This document shows, piece after piece, positions 15,719 to 25,371 of a DNA stretch of 64,000 nt (position 1 is the first letter of the stretch; each line of letters begins with the position of its first letter). A model generated the notes under the pieces. That model did no database searches. It was not told where the DNA came from and was given only the letters and a program-made list of their open reading frames with translations. Origin of the DNA: a virus; IMG/VR virus record IMGVR_UViG_3300037628_000218, positions 1-64,000 of that record; one strand, written 5' to 3'. A program made the position numbers and the translations under genes.

Positions 15719-16065
15719 GGCTTTTTCATCAGTTCGGCTAATGCTTCTGGAAGGGTTACTAAGTATATTGAATAAGCATACTCCTCACCTACATGTTTAG
15801 CAAAAGCGTCGTAGAACCCCCTATAAGTATTGTACTGGCGTAAGAACTCTTTTTGCTCCTCAGACATACTACTACAACCTATAAACTCATTAAACCAGTC
15901 ATCCTGTGTACCCTCCCAGCTAAAGCCGAGAAGCCAAAAGTATCTGCCAACCCGTTGATAGACGCTGACCCCGAAAACTGTAAGCTTTGCAATATACCCT
16001 AGCTGCTCATACTCTACAAACCATTTCGATCCCCAGTAAATGTCTTCTCCAGTAGCCTTGCTCAT
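15715..16065 (-). CDS. Hypothetical protein
   Basis: ORF track. Confidence 0.6.
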   Translation of the reverse strand: MSKATGEDIYWGSKWFVEYEQLGYIAKLTVFGVSVYQRVGRYFWLLGFSWEGTQDDWFNEFIGCSSMSEEQKEFLRQYNTYRGFYDAFAKHVGEEYAYSIYLVTLPEALAELMKKP

Positions 16066-16130
16066 CTTTAGTCTCCTCGGTATTCCTAATTAAAAGAAAG
16101 TGTTTATTAGTGCAGGGCTGGATAACCTAG

Positions 16131-16619
16131 TTAGTCCGATACTCCCATATTCTCATTATCCCACCAAACACCTTTTGCTGGTTCTACATCCCAGTTACTT
16201 GAGTTATTTAGAATACATGCGATAATGTGCTTTGTCAATATACTTTCACTATCTTCTACTAAATACATCATATCCCAGGTTAGACCATCAGCATCAGTTC
16301 CTGTTAGTGATGTAAGCTCAAGCACATGGCTAGTCTTGAGATCCCCTGAGTATCCGAAGACACACTCAAGAGGTAGCTCAAACATCCTACCAAACACTGT
16401 GAAGCCATAAGGGATACTCATACAATGGGTTTCTAGCTTAAGCTCAGGTTCCTTCTTAACCTTTTCATGCTTCTTAGTACAAGACTTACCCTTCTTTTCC
16501 CTATACTCCCTCTGCTTTTCAGCTTTACAGCTCCTGCAAACTCCCCCATGCCCCTTTCTAGTAAGCTTAACCTCCGTAAGGAGGTTACACCTAGAGCAAA
16601 CTTTAGTCACAACGGTCAT
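16131..16619 (-). CDS. Hypothetical protein with an N-terminal CxxC-CxxC zinc finger
   Basis: CSRC..CRSC. Confidence 0.6.
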   Translation of the reverse strand: MTVVTKVCSRCNLLTEVKLTRKGHGGVCRSCKAEKQREYREKKGKSCTKKHEKVKKEPELKLETHCMSIPYGFTVFGRMFELPLECVFGYSGDLKTSHVLELTSLTGTDADGLTWDMMYLVEDSESILTKHIIACILNNSSNWDVEPAKGVWWDNENMGVSD

Positions 16620-17716
16620 GCAGTTATATTCATTCTTAAAGAGTTACACTTCTCTTTACTCAGAAGGTTAGTCCTACCTCTTACTTCAGCTCCACATGAG
16701 ACACACTGGAACCGATCAAACTTACTTAAGTTAGTGTAAGAATAACCATTGTGATTAAGCTCAGTATGACCACACCTGCACCTTAACTCGTTATCAGGGT
16801 AGTACAGATTAGTATTCAAATGAGTCTTCATCCAAGGAAGCATGATGGTGTACAACTCTTCAAGGGATAGAACATCATGAATATTGTACTCTTGCATCTC
16901 CTGCCACGCAAGTGGGTTACCACGTAAACACTCTTTCCAAAGCTCAAAACCAGGAAACTTTCCATGCTTAAGCTTCTTATACTTCTTACAAAGCTTATCC
17001 GTCATATACTCCAGCTTATTGCTAGTGAACCCGAAGTGCTTCTTAGCCTCTTGTAGGGTATCTATATGCCGATAACTAGATGGAGGCTTCATACCATTAA
17101 GGATAAAACGTGCATTGAGCTTCTTAGCATCAAACTTCTTACCGTTTTGAGTGATAATTATATCAGCCTCATCTAGTAACTTATGAATACCTTGAAGGAG
17201 TGGCTTATCGTTCTCATCCCCCCATGTGCTAGATTTATCTTCATAGCTAACTTGATCCTCGTGCATCCATTTAGCAGCCCAGCTAAGGATATACCAATCC
17301 TGTTCGATCATATTCAATCCAACATTCTGGTCAAACAACCTCCAAACGCTTGCCATAATTGGAGCTGTTTCAATATCCAAAGTTAAAATCTTAGGGCCTA
17401 TGAAGGTTTTAGGTGTAAAGGCGAACGTACCCTTTATCTGTACTTCGCTTATCACACCTGGTAACTGAATACTCTGATATATTGTAGCTACTCCCTTATC
17501 TGAGATTGTGATACCATCAAAGGCACTCCACCAACTTGCATAAGTCTCTTTACGAAGGAAATCCCCTACAGTTGACTTACCTAAGCCTAACTTCTTAGCG
17601 ATAGCTCGGCTGGCCTTACCTTCCTTAGTCATTTCAATTATTTGGTGCTTGATATTATTGTTTAGCTTCATACATCCCCTCCAAGTTCTAGAAAGTCGCT
17701 TACAAACCTTCTCCAT
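16616..17716 (-). CDS. DnaQ/RNase H-like exonuclease with N-terminal HTH and C-terminal Zn ribbon
   Basis: LDIET, QNGKKFD, HIDTL and YNIHDV motifs; probable start at MKLNN. Confidence 0.85.
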   Translation of the reverse strand: MEKVCKRLSRTWRGCMKLNNNIKHQIIEMTKEGKASRAIAKKLGLGKSTVGDFLRKETYASWWSAFDGITISDKGVATIYQSIQLPGVISEVQIKGTFAFTPKTFIGPKILTLDIETAPIMASVWRLFDQNVGLNMIEQDWYILSWAAKWMHEDQVSYEDKSSTWGDENDKPLLQGIHKLLDEADIIITQNGKKFDAKKLNARFILNGMKPPSSYRHIDTLQEAKKHFGFTSNKLEYMTDKLCKKYKKLKHGKFPGFELWKECLRGNPLAWQEMQEYNIHDVLSLEELYTIMLPWMKTHLNTNLYYPDNELRCRCGHTELNHNGYSYTNLSKFDRFQCVSCGAEVRGRTNLLSKEKCNSLRMNITA

Positions 17717-17979
17717 TTTCCATCAGCTCTAGGGTTACCTACATAGCGAACCCCTGTAGAGATTTCCCCTGTAAAAGGAGACCTGTGAGTATAACCAAAG
17801 TGTGGCTCACCTTCAGGCCAATTTTCAGGTACTTCTTCTACTTCCCGCTCGTCAGTGTAATAACCGTCAGATACTTGCATACCGTAATCGTGTAAAATAC
17901 TGTCTAAGTTCCTGTTAGGGTTACTCTTATCATAACGAGGGTGCTTTTCTACATCTGAGTGTGATATTACCCAATCCAT
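17668..17979 (-). CDS. Hypothetical protein
   Basis: ORF track. Confidence 0.6.
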   Translation of the reverse strand: MDWVISHSDVEKHPRYDKSNPNRNLDSILHDYGMQVSDGYYTDEREVEEVPENWPEGEPHFGYTHRSPFTGEISTGVRYVGNPRADGKWRRFVSDFLELGGDV

Positions 17980-18473
17980 TAGTTACCTCCTTTAGGTGTA
18001 AAGGGTGTTAAGTCTGTAGGTAGCATATGAACAAGTTCCATAACAGTACCATCGCTTACACGGTGAACAGAATAGTAAGGAGACCTAGGCACCGATCCCT
18101 TTGGCAACACAACTAGGTGGCGTTTAGTTTTAATCCCTTGCTTGTTGTAGAAGTCAACGGTTCTATTAGCCCAAGCACGACTGTCAGTGCACTTGCGGTG
18201 GTTGCTTAGGATTACGTCAACAGCACCATGATAATCCCCATTGGAAAGATAGAGACCATTTAATACAGCAGTGTCGAGGTAAAGTAAATAGTCGAATGAT
18301 TTGTTAAGATCTCGGTTTGTGATCGCTTCCTTAACCTCAGTTAGTACCTTCTGAAGGTATGTAGCTTGCCAGTCAAGTGCTTCCCAGTATTCACCCGTGT
18401 CTGTTGCAGCAGGTACTTTACCGCAACGTTGGTTCAATGTAGCTAGCCGTGAATAGGTTGATTCTGTGTTCAT
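17979..18473 (-). CDS. Degenerate MazG/NTP-pyrophosphohydrolase-like protein
   Basis: Helical pattern resembles phage MazG-like proteins but the acidic metal ligands are missing. Confidence 0.4.
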   Translation of the reverse strand: MNTESTYSRLATLNQRCGKVPAATDTGEYWEALDWQATYLQKVLTEVKEAITNRDLNKSFDYLLYLDTAVLNGLYLSNGDYHGAVDVILSNHRKCTDSRAWANRTVDFYNKQGIKTKRHLVVLPKGSVPRSPYYSVHRVSDGTVMELVHMLPTDLTPFTPKGGN

Positions 18474-18727
18474 AGTTTAGGCACCTCCACATAATCTTCT
18501 CCCCGTGTTCCTACAATTACAACCTTTCCTTTGACGAACTTCTTCTTACTAACACTCACGCTAACCCACTTAGAAAAAGTACCTCTATCATTCCTAGCAG
18601 CGATCTCTGCGTCTTCGTCAAACCAATCAAGGGCTTCTATCAACTCTTTTACTTTCATTTTAATCTCCTCTAGTTGTTTTAGATACTGACTTAAAAAGCA
18701 CTTCAACCCTCTCGTTACCCTTATCAT
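18470..18727 (-). CDS. Hypothetical protein (start probably MKVKEL)
   Basis: GAGGAG RBS before MKVKELIEAL. Confidence 0.55.
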   Translation of the reverse strand: MIRVTRGLKCFLSQYLKQLEEIKMKVKELIEALDWFDEDAEIAARNDRGTFSKWVSVSVSKKKFVKGKVVIVGTRGEDYVEVPKL

Positions 18728-19109
18728 GTACTGTAGGCTTTATCCATTCGTCTTTGATATAGTCATCATTGTCGTCAGGTATAACACCACACTCTGTTAA
18801 AGCATCTAGCAAGAACTTAGCAGTTATAGAGGTAACATTCTGCTTGTCTAGCCTACGCTTGGTAGGCTTGAATACTTGATAGCTAACTGTGATAGGGGTC
18901 TCTAAAAGAAGGTTATCAAACTGCCCCCTTACTAGCTCTTTATAGAGCTTTTTTACTTGGTTAACTTCAAAGTATTGAGCGTTTCTTAGCCAGTTAAGGT
19001 TAACAGGGATTCTCTTGTCCTTCACAGTCTTTCTGGGTAGATAAACTGCAAAGGGAGCTATTACTTTTAACTCAGTTACTTTCTTCTTCTCTGGCATCTG
19101 ATTCAACAC
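18660..19109 (-). CDS. rusA: RusA-like Holliday junction resolvase
   Basis: RRLDKQN..KFLLDAL...GVIPDD. Confidence 0.85.
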   Translation of the reverse strand: MLNQMPEKKKVTELKVIAPFAVYLPRKTVKDKRIPVNLNWLRNAQYFEVNQVKKLYKELVRGQFDNLLLETPITVSYQVFKPTKRRLDKQNVTSITAKFLLDALTECGVIPDDNDDYIKDEWIKPTVHDKGNERVEVLFKSVSKTTRGD

Positions 19110-19335
19110 CTAACAGTTCTCCAATGTTTTTAATTGCACAATTAGCTTGACTTACTTCTGCTTCTGCGGTAACTTGACGAGCTATAGAAGCGTCCATCTT
19201 AGCTTTAAGCTGTTCTTGCTCTTCAATTGCTTTATCTGCAACAATGTGCTGCGCTTGCATAACACTATTTAGATCGGTAGTAAACTTCTGAAAAACGCCT
19301 GTAACAGTTTTAGGGCGAGTGAATATTTTAAGCAT
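19072..19335 (-). CDS. Coiled-coil hypothetical protein
   Basis: ORF with GAGGA RBS. Confidence 0.7.
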   Translation of the reverse strand: MLKIFTRPKTVTGVFQKFTTDLNSVMQAQHIVADKAIEEQEQLKAKMDASIARQVTAEAEVSQANCAIKNIGELLGVESDAREEESN

Positions 19336-19349
19336 GTTTTTATGTCCTC

Positions 19350-20441
19350 TTAGTGTTTATAAATGGGGTTACCCCCGTTGAAGTATTTCTCAATAGGTGT
19401 AAGTACATCCTTACTTCCACGTTCATGATATGCTAAACGCATGTGCTGAATCAGCAGTTCTTTCCAAGTCCTTTTAATTATCTTACCCTTGTCCTGCCAG
19501 GCTTGGTACTCTATACCATCAGGGAATTTACCTTGGTAAAGCTCTACCAATAACTGGCAGCACTCTTCCACACTCTCAGCTTCGTTAAGCAACTCGTAAG
19601 CATCCATAGGCCCAAATCGGTAGATACCTTTGTAGCCATCAGAAGAGTCCCCTTGAGGGGTTTGAGCAGCTACTAGCTTAAATCCATTTCCTTCAAGAGA
19701 CTTAACACCCTTAGCACTACTTTTAATCCAGAGTTCACCGACTTCTGAAGTCTTAACTAACTTCCGTTTAGCGGGTGGATCATTCATGTTGATATAGTTT
19801 GAAGATATAACTTGCATTAAGTCTTTATCCTTCAAGCCTATCACAGCATTGTGACCCTTACGTTCAGCCATTCCAACCACAATAGCATCAGCTTCAACCT
19901 TCGGTGGAGACATTGTAATCCAATCATAGGTATTTAGCAAGTGGTTACGACAGTCCGCTAGATACATTGGCTTAGTTTTGCTTTCCCAATGCTCATAGTC
20001 TTTACCCTCAGCATCTTTGAAGTTAGCAAAGCGAGAATGCTGATACCGATGTTGTAGATCATGAACATCCTTATTTTTAATACCGCTACAAGTGAGATAA
20101 CCTTTGAAGATCACATCCTTATCAAATAGGTCTTGGCAAGTCTTCATCCACTTACCTAGTTCAAGGTCAACACATTTCAAAGCAACTGACAGGTCTTGTA
20201 GCTTTGGTATAGTGTGACGTTCCCATTGAGCTGGGTTAATCTCTTCAAACCCTACTCGTTCCTCATACCACTCCTTAGCTTCCTTAGCTTTAGGAAACTC
20301 AGGTGACTCCTGACTAGGTTCTATTCCTTCTTTCGTTTTCCAAATGTAAGCAACCTTTTCAGCAATACAACTTCCGATATAGGCTACTCCATCTAGGTCT
20401 AAGTACGCATATTTTTGAACCATAATACGGCATTTCTCCAA
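19350..20441 (-). CDS. 5'-3' exonuclease (T7 gp6-like)
   Basis: LDLDG, VEADA, DKDLMQ and GDSSDGYKG motifs. Confidence 0.88.
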   Translation of the reverse strand: MEKCRIMVQKYAYLDLDGVAYIGSCIAEKVAYIWKTKEGIEPSQESPEFPKAKEAKEWYEERVGFEEINPAQWERHTIPKLQDLSVALKCVDLELGKWMKTCQDLFDKDVIFKGYLTCSGIKNKDVHDLQHRYQHSRFANFKDAEGKDYEHWESKTKPMYLADCRNHLLNTYDWITMSPPKVEADAIVVGMAERKGHNAVIGLKDKDLMQVISSNYINMNDPPAKRKLVKTSEVGELWIKSSAKGVKSLEGNGFKLVAAQTPQGDSSDGYKGIYRFGPMDAYELLNEAESVEECCQLLVELYQGKFPDGIEYQAWQDKGKIIKRTWKELLIQHMRLAYHERGSKDVLTPIEKYFNGGNPIYKH

Positions 20442-20683
20442 CGGTTTTTAGTGTATGAAGCCAAATGAGCGTCTCCTGCTTTTAACTCCAGGTACATCTC
20501 TATTAGCTCGTTCTCGTGTTTAGGTTCGTACCCATTACATAGTAGTCTAAAAATAAAATAACCATGAAAGTCGTTTACAGGTTTACCATTATAAAAGTAA
20601 AACTTCTTCCCGTTAGGTAGTGTTAGTGTTTTGTCTCTACTGCTATACATTATCTTCCTCCTAATACGAAAAAACCCCCTCAA
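20399..20683 (-). CDS. Hypothetical protein (start probably MYSSR)
   Basis: GGAGG RBS before MYSSR. Confidence 0.5.
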   Translation of the reverse strand: MRGFFRIRRKIMYSSRDKTLTLPNGKKFYFYNGKPVNDFHGYFIFRLLCNGYEPKHENELIEMYLELKAGDAHLASYTKNRWRNAVLWFKNMRT

Positions 20684-20700
20684 GCTTTCGCAAGAGGGGA
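20669..20700 (-). terminator. Intrinsic terminator after ssb
   Basis: CCCCTCTTG..TTGAGGGG stem followed by TTTTTT. Confidence 0.75.
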
Positions 20701-20705
20701 ACTGC

Positions 20706-21365
20706 TTACCATTCTTCTATATCTAAAGGGGTAGCTACATCCCCAGCTGGTGGAGTCTCCTCAGTATAGTCGAAGCCACCTTGATCAACTTTATCTTCTC
20801 CCTCGAAAGCAAACTCGTTCTCGTTGGCAGTACTTGGAGAAGTATACTCTACTAGGGTAGCCACTTGAATACCAGTAAGGTCTAAGGACAAGCCGTTATC
20901 GTCTTTATGTTTCCACTGGCGTTCTACGAATGATACACGACCTGTTGAGCCGTTACCCACCTCAATGTCACGACCTACCTTTTTACCATCATCTGTAGTT
21001 GTTGCGGTCTTAGTACCAACAACACGAGGTATTTTGTCTTCAGGGACTGGGCTACCGTCAGAGTAACCTGCAAAAGCTGTTAGCTTCATTGTAGAGTACT
21101 CGTCCTCCGAGTTAGCGTAAATAGCTGCGTCAGGGGCATCAACCTTATACCGCTTCTCATAGTCTTCCTTATCAAAGGTAGTTATGTTTTTCACGCTTTT
21201 AACAGCTTTGTACTTCTTTTTAAGTGCCTTAGCCGTAGCAGCGGGGAGACACACATCAATAGAATACTGACGGTCATTAATGGGGCAGTCCTTTTCTTTT
21301 TTGTACTTTGGTTCTGGAGTCTTGATTTTAACATAGTTAAAGACAACGTTGTTAATTACACTCAT
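20706..21365 (-). CDS. ssb: Single-stranded DNA-binding protein (T7 gp2.5-like)
   Basis: VGNGS..GIQVATLVEY, acidic tail ending in an aromatic residue; adjacent to the polymerase. Confidence 0.8.
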   Translation of the reverse strand: MSVINNVVFNYVKIKTPEPKYKKEKDCPINDRQYSIDVCLPAATAKALKKKYKAVKSVKNITTFDKEDYEKRYKVDAPDAAIYANSEDEYSTMKLTAFAGYSDGSPVPEDKIPRVVGTKTATTTDDGKKVGRDIEVGNGSTGRVSFVERQWKHKDDNGLSLDLTGIQVATLVEYTSPSTANENEFAFEGEDKVDQGGFDYTEETPPAGDVATPLDIEEW

Positions 21366-21459
21366 ACTTTTATTTCCTCTTGTTGCTAAAATTAATTTAC
21401 TTCTTCGCTTTGCATTTCTGTGGCTAACTTACATGTCAACCACTTCCATATCTCTTTTG

Positions 21460-23850
21460 TCAATGACACTCACTGTAATCTGACCCTACCTTTGCCGTAG
21501 ACCTCCAATCAAGGGTTAGTCCTAGGGTCTTAGCAGCCTCTACATACATCTGTGAGATCACAGCCTTAGCCTCATCTAACTCATCGTTAGGCACAGAGAA
21601 TAAGCACTCATCGTGGATAGACATTATTTGCTGGGTCTTCAGCCCTAGTCTTCGTATCTCCCTATTAACCCAGATAATTGCCACTTTCTGTATAACAGCT
21701 TCAGACCCTAACGCTGTGTAGTTAATTATCTTATGCTTGGAGTTAGCCCAGATATGATAACCACCTAGCACACTTATATAGGAACCCTTAGCCCGTTTCT
21801 GCGCTTTCCATAGTGCTTCCTTCTCTTTCAATAGTAAGTCTAATCCTAGTCCGTTCAAGAACGCATCCTTAATTTGCTGTGCCTCACTTTCAGACACACC
21901 TAGTATCAATGCTAGCTTCTTAGCTGAACAGCCATAGATAGTACCAAAACTGGCAGCCTTACCTTTCTTTCTACCAGAGTCTATTCTAGCTCGTAGTTCT
22001 CCATGATCTTGAATCTCCCTGCATAAGTCCACATCCTCCTGGGTGTTAAGTTTGAATAGAATACTGTTAACCGTATGTGCATCTTTACCCACATAAGTTC
22101 CATCTTCCTCTTCCTCCTTGCCATCAACAGCCGCAATATACAATGAGTTGCTGGTAAAGTCAGCTAGTACTCGGTGGTGACAATTTGGTTGATCTATCCC
22201 TACTAGAACAGAACCTTTGGGGGCTACTACAATCTTCCTGATCTTCTCTCCATATAGTGCTTGAGCACCAGGAGCGTTCACAAAGTTATGGTGCGATGCC
22301 CTACCCGCCGTTGTTCCGTAAGTTATAATGCCACAAGTTATCTTCCCATCTTCACGTATGTTATTGAGCAAACCCTTATCAGCTTTAGTTGGGTTTTCAA
22401 TAAACTTACGCCGATGTGAATATGTATTATACTCCTTGATCTTCTGTCCAAGCCCTTCAGGTAACCATTGAAAAGAATCTTCAGTAATTTTTGGAGTAGA
22501 CGGTATTAGCCCTCCCCCTTTATAACTCTCTTTAAGTTGTTTACCCTGAATAGGTTTATCAGGCCAGTACACTGTACCTCCTTTTTCTGCCCTTGCAAGA
22601 CCTCCTTCTGCATCCTTTTTATAAGTCCATTCGTCAGTCTGCCACCCTAATGTTACGAGAAGCATCTTAACTTTCTCATGTTGTGACATACGAGATTCTT
22701 CAAACTCAACTTTAGTGTACGCGCCTACTACTTCAGTAGCTCCTTCAAGCTCCTTTCCGAAATGGTTCTTTGTAAACCTATCATACTCGGAAGATACAAC
22801 TTCAATCCAAGGGTATTTAATCCCTTTAACTAGCGGGTAGCTCTCCTTGGCCCACTCACGTGCCTCCTTAACCTTTGGGAAGTCGTGACCTCTAACCTCT
22901 TCTCCGTCGATGACAACTGAGTACATCTTCTGCTTAGTGAGTTTAAAGACTCTCATAGTAGGTCTGTACATCAGCTTCTCTTCTGTCTGGTAGCTTTCAC
23001 CATTACGGACTTTCCATAGTACCTTCTTAGGAGGGATAACCCTAGCTCCTAATAGAGTAGCAACATTGTGTACTGACTCCCTAACCGACTTCACATTAAT
23101 TGAGGGAGGAAGCATAGGTTCGATCTCTACTCTTAGTCCTTCAAGGAGCTTATCAAGCTCTACACAGCACTCTCGCATGTGAGGTGCATCTACTAAGGCT
23201 CCGTTAAGCTCTTGGATAGTACACCAGTATCTGTACTCATTCTCGGTAGCTAGGGCTTGGTCGAAGTTAATTTGATTGCAATTATCTTGTAGCCACTGTT
23301 TTTCTATGTCAAGCTGTTTAGCTACTGCTACGTTAATCTTTACATCTTCAATACACCTGTTTAGCTTTAGTGCATCAATATAAGACCAGTCTTGTATCTC
23401 TGGCTTACGAATGCCTAACCTTGCCCCCCAGCTATTCAAATTGTGAATCCCCTTGTAACCCTTTACTGGCTTACGATCATACCAAAGAACTTGGGACATT
23501 AACATTGTGTCCCGCATTAAAGGGTAGTCATACCGTATTTTAAAATTAGGGAAAAACATTTTAAGGAGAAAAAGATCAAATCCAATCATATTATGGGCTG
23601 TTAACCCACGGGCCTTACTTAAAAACTTAGCACCTTCCTCCAAGGTTCCGCTTCTAGGTGGAATAGTAAACTCAACTCCTACTTCATCTCCTCCAACTAC
23701 GTTGTCAAATTCGGGGTAGTCATGGAATAGAAACCCCTCTCCAGTTTCAAAGTCCTCACAGTAGATACACCACATCTTAGTAACATTGTGCAGAAGACCA
23801 TTGGCCTCACAATCAAATACCAAGATCCTTTCTGAGCTATCTAATATCAT
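21460..23850 (-). CDS. Family A DNA polymerase (T7-like) with 3'-5' exonuclease
   Basis: FDCEANG, HNMIGFD, GTTAGR, motif B RKKGKAASFGTIYG, motif C IHDE. Confidence 0.95.
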   Translation of the reverse strand: MILDSSERILVFDCEANGLLHNVTKMWCIYCEDFETGEGFLFHDYPEFDNVVGGDEVGVEFTIPPRSGTLEEGAKFLSKARGLTAHNMIGFDLFLLKMFFPNFKIRYDYPLMRDTMLMSQVLWYDRKPVKGYKGIHNLNSWGARLGIRKPEIQDWSYIDALKLNRCIEDVKINVAVAKQLDIEKQWLQDNCNQINFDQALATENEYRYWCTIQELNGALVDAPHMRECCVELDKLLEGLRVEIEPMLPPSINVKSVRESVHNVATLLGARVIPPKKVLWKVRNGESYQTEEKLMYRPTMRVFKLTKQKMYSVVIDGEEVRGHDFPKVKEAREWAKESYPLVKGIKYPWIEVVSSEYDRFTKNHFGKELEGATEVVGAYTKVEFEESRMSQHEKVKMLLVTLGWQTDEWTYKKDAEGGLARAEKGGTVYWPDKPIQGKQLKESYKGGGLIPSTPKITEDSFQWLPEGLGQKIKEYNTYSHRRKFIENPTKADKGLLNNIREDGKITCGIITYGTTAGRASHHNFVNAPGAQALYGEKIRKIVVAPKGSVLVGIDQPNCHHRVLADFTSNSLYIAAVDGKEEEEDGTYVGKDAHTVNSILFKLNTQEDVDLCREIQDHGELRARIDSGRKKGKAASFGTIYGCSAKKLALILGVSESEAQQIKDAFLNGLGLDLLLKEKEALWKAQKRAKGSYISVLGGYHIWANSKHKIINYTALGSEAVIQKVAIIWVNREIRRLGLKTQQIMSIHDECLFSVPNDELDEAKAVISQMYVEAAKTLGLTLDWRSTAKVGSDYSECH

Positions 23851-23873
23851 TCATTATTTCCTCCTATTTAAAC

Positions 23874-24137
23874 TTAAAATGGTATGTCATCCTCCCAAGA
23901 ACTTGGGATTATAACGTCAATATCTGGAGGTAAATACCAACTTGTGAACTCTCCTGCCTGTTTCATCTCATGGGTGATAACAATCCAATCGTTTATAACT
24001 ATTAGTTTCCCTCCCTCTCCCAAGGTAAATGTTTCTTCATCCACGATATAAAGATTCCAGTGACCGTTGATAACCCAGTAATGGTCTCCACCGTAATAGG
24101 AACAACAAAGGATAGCAGTTTTACTAAATATAAACAT
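23874..24137 (-). CDS. Hypothetical protein ending in DDIPF
   Basis: GAGG RBS; C-terminus WEDDIPF. Confidence 0.65.
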   Translation of the reverse strand: MFIFSKTAILCCSYYGGDHYWVINGHWNLYIVDEETFTLGEGGKLIVINDWIVITHEMKQAGEFTSWYLPPDIDVIIPSSWEDDIPF

Positions 24138-24146
24138 TCTAGCCTC

Positions 24147-24395
24147 CTACCAAACTTCTTCACACCATCTCTTAGGTTGCGTCTCAGTCCAAGCGTTATA
24201 CTTTAACACAGTAGTTTCGTAGTCTAAATTAGGTAAGGGTATAAATGCCGCCGTGTCTACACCGAAAGTGTCTAGCCCGCAGCTTTCACAGTACACAGAG
24301 CAATTACTAACGTTTATATCTCTTGAGTGGCTCAACACTACTTGCGAACTGTTACAACGAGGGCAATTATTAAACTCTCCTTCAAAGGCTTGCCC
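24147..24395 (-). CDS. Lar-like zinc-ribbon protein lacking a clean start
   Basis: In-frame CPRC upstream of the track's GTG start pairs with CESC. Confidence 0.45.
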   Translation of the reverse strand, partial: GQAFEGEFNNCPRCNSSQVVLSHSRDINVSNCSVYCESCGLDTFGVDTAAFIPLPNLDYETTVLKYNAWTETQPKRWCEEVW

Positions 24396-24647
24396 CTATA
24401 GTTCGCCCTCATGTACCTTTATCAAGGTAGCAGCTAGGCTAATTATATCCTCCAAAGGTACACCGAGTAGCGCGAGGCTTAGTTCCTCACCGTATTTTAA
24501 GTGTAGGGTAGCACACTTCTTTCCCTCTCTATCTGGGTATAGATTGAGAATTAAAGACTCCTCAAGTTCCTCTGAAGTTTCCATAGTAATATTGTGTGTA
24601 TAATTGCCACCCACACCACCTAGCTTTGTTACTTTAATATTGGTCAT
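24396..24647 (-). CDS. Hypothetical protein
   Basis: GGAGG RBS. Confidence 0.65.
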   Translation of the reverse strand: MTNIKVTKLGGVGGNYTHNITMETSEELEESLILNLYPDREGKKCATLHLKYGEELSLALLGVPLEDIISLAATLIKVHEGEL

Positions 24648-24894
24648 TTTTTACCTCCACCTGGTCAGCTATCTTTATAAAAGGGTTCCTTGGCGCTAAA
24701 GGATTATATGCAAGGTGTTCCAAAATAGTGCGAGTTTTTCCCGTATTTAAAAATACCATATCTAGAACTTCCTCAAGAGAGTGTTCAGAGTTTTTTAATA
24801 CTTTTTCAAACAACTTAGTTGATCTGTCTATATCTGTGTCGGCTTCTGTCATACTAAACCCCCCCCCTTTTTTTTTTATACCTTTCCAAATCAT
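24634..24894 (-). CDS. Hypothetical protein (start probably MTEAD)
   Basis: ORF containing an A10G9 tract. Confidence 0.55.
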   Translation of the reverse strand: MIWKGIKKKGGGFSMTEADTDIDRSTKLFEKVLKNSEHSLEEVLDMVFLNTGKTRTILEHLAYNPLAPRNPFIKIADQVEVKNDQY

Positions 24895-25112
24895 TTAAAC
24901 TTCCTCTTCAAATCGACAGCTCGATAAGTCCTTGTCCACGGTGATTTAAACAGGTCATCCCGATTACTACAAGTTAGCCCAGCACTACCGTAGCATTCCA
25001 CCAACCTAGCCTCCCTAGTTTTCGGTAAAACTCTTTTAACCCGTAGCTGAAGGTAACTTTTGCTCTTCAACTCAACATCTAAACCCTCGTGTAAATCTGA
25101 AGCTCTCATCAT
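24891..25112 (-). CDS. Hypothetical protein
   Basis: ORF track. Confidence 0.6.
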   Translation of the reverse strand: MMRASDLHEGLDVELKSKSYLQLRVKRVLPKTREARLVECYGSAGLTCSNRDDLFKSPWTRTYRAVDLKRKFK

Positions 25113-25354
25113 TCCTCCCCATCGTCATCAAAAGCGCGGTGGAAATGTGCTTTAAACCAAGACCCCATATTCTCAGGGTGAGGGTCGTACATTTCCGCTA
25201 AATAGTCTGCAAAGAATGCTATAGTTGTTATGTAAAAGCAGACATTCATTGGTATTAAACCGATAAAGCTAGCTGCTGTGCATACTACAACTATAGCAGA
25301 TACAGTGTGATAAAAGGTAGCTCTAACTCTATGCCTACCGAATATTGAATCCAT
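25109..25354 (-). CDS. Small membrane protein
   Basis: Two hydrophobic segments; AGGAGG RBS. Confidence 0.7.
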   Translation of the reverse strand: MDSIFGRHRVRATFYHTVSAIVVVCTAASFIGLIPMNVCFYITTIAFFADYLAEMYDPHPENMGSWFKAHFHRAFDDDGEE

Positions 25355-25371
25355 ACTACCTCCTATAAAAT

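Noticed and set aside
24396-24398. Genome-wide TAG recoding
   Set aside because: Many genes end in TAG right before the next start, and long genes are uninterrupted
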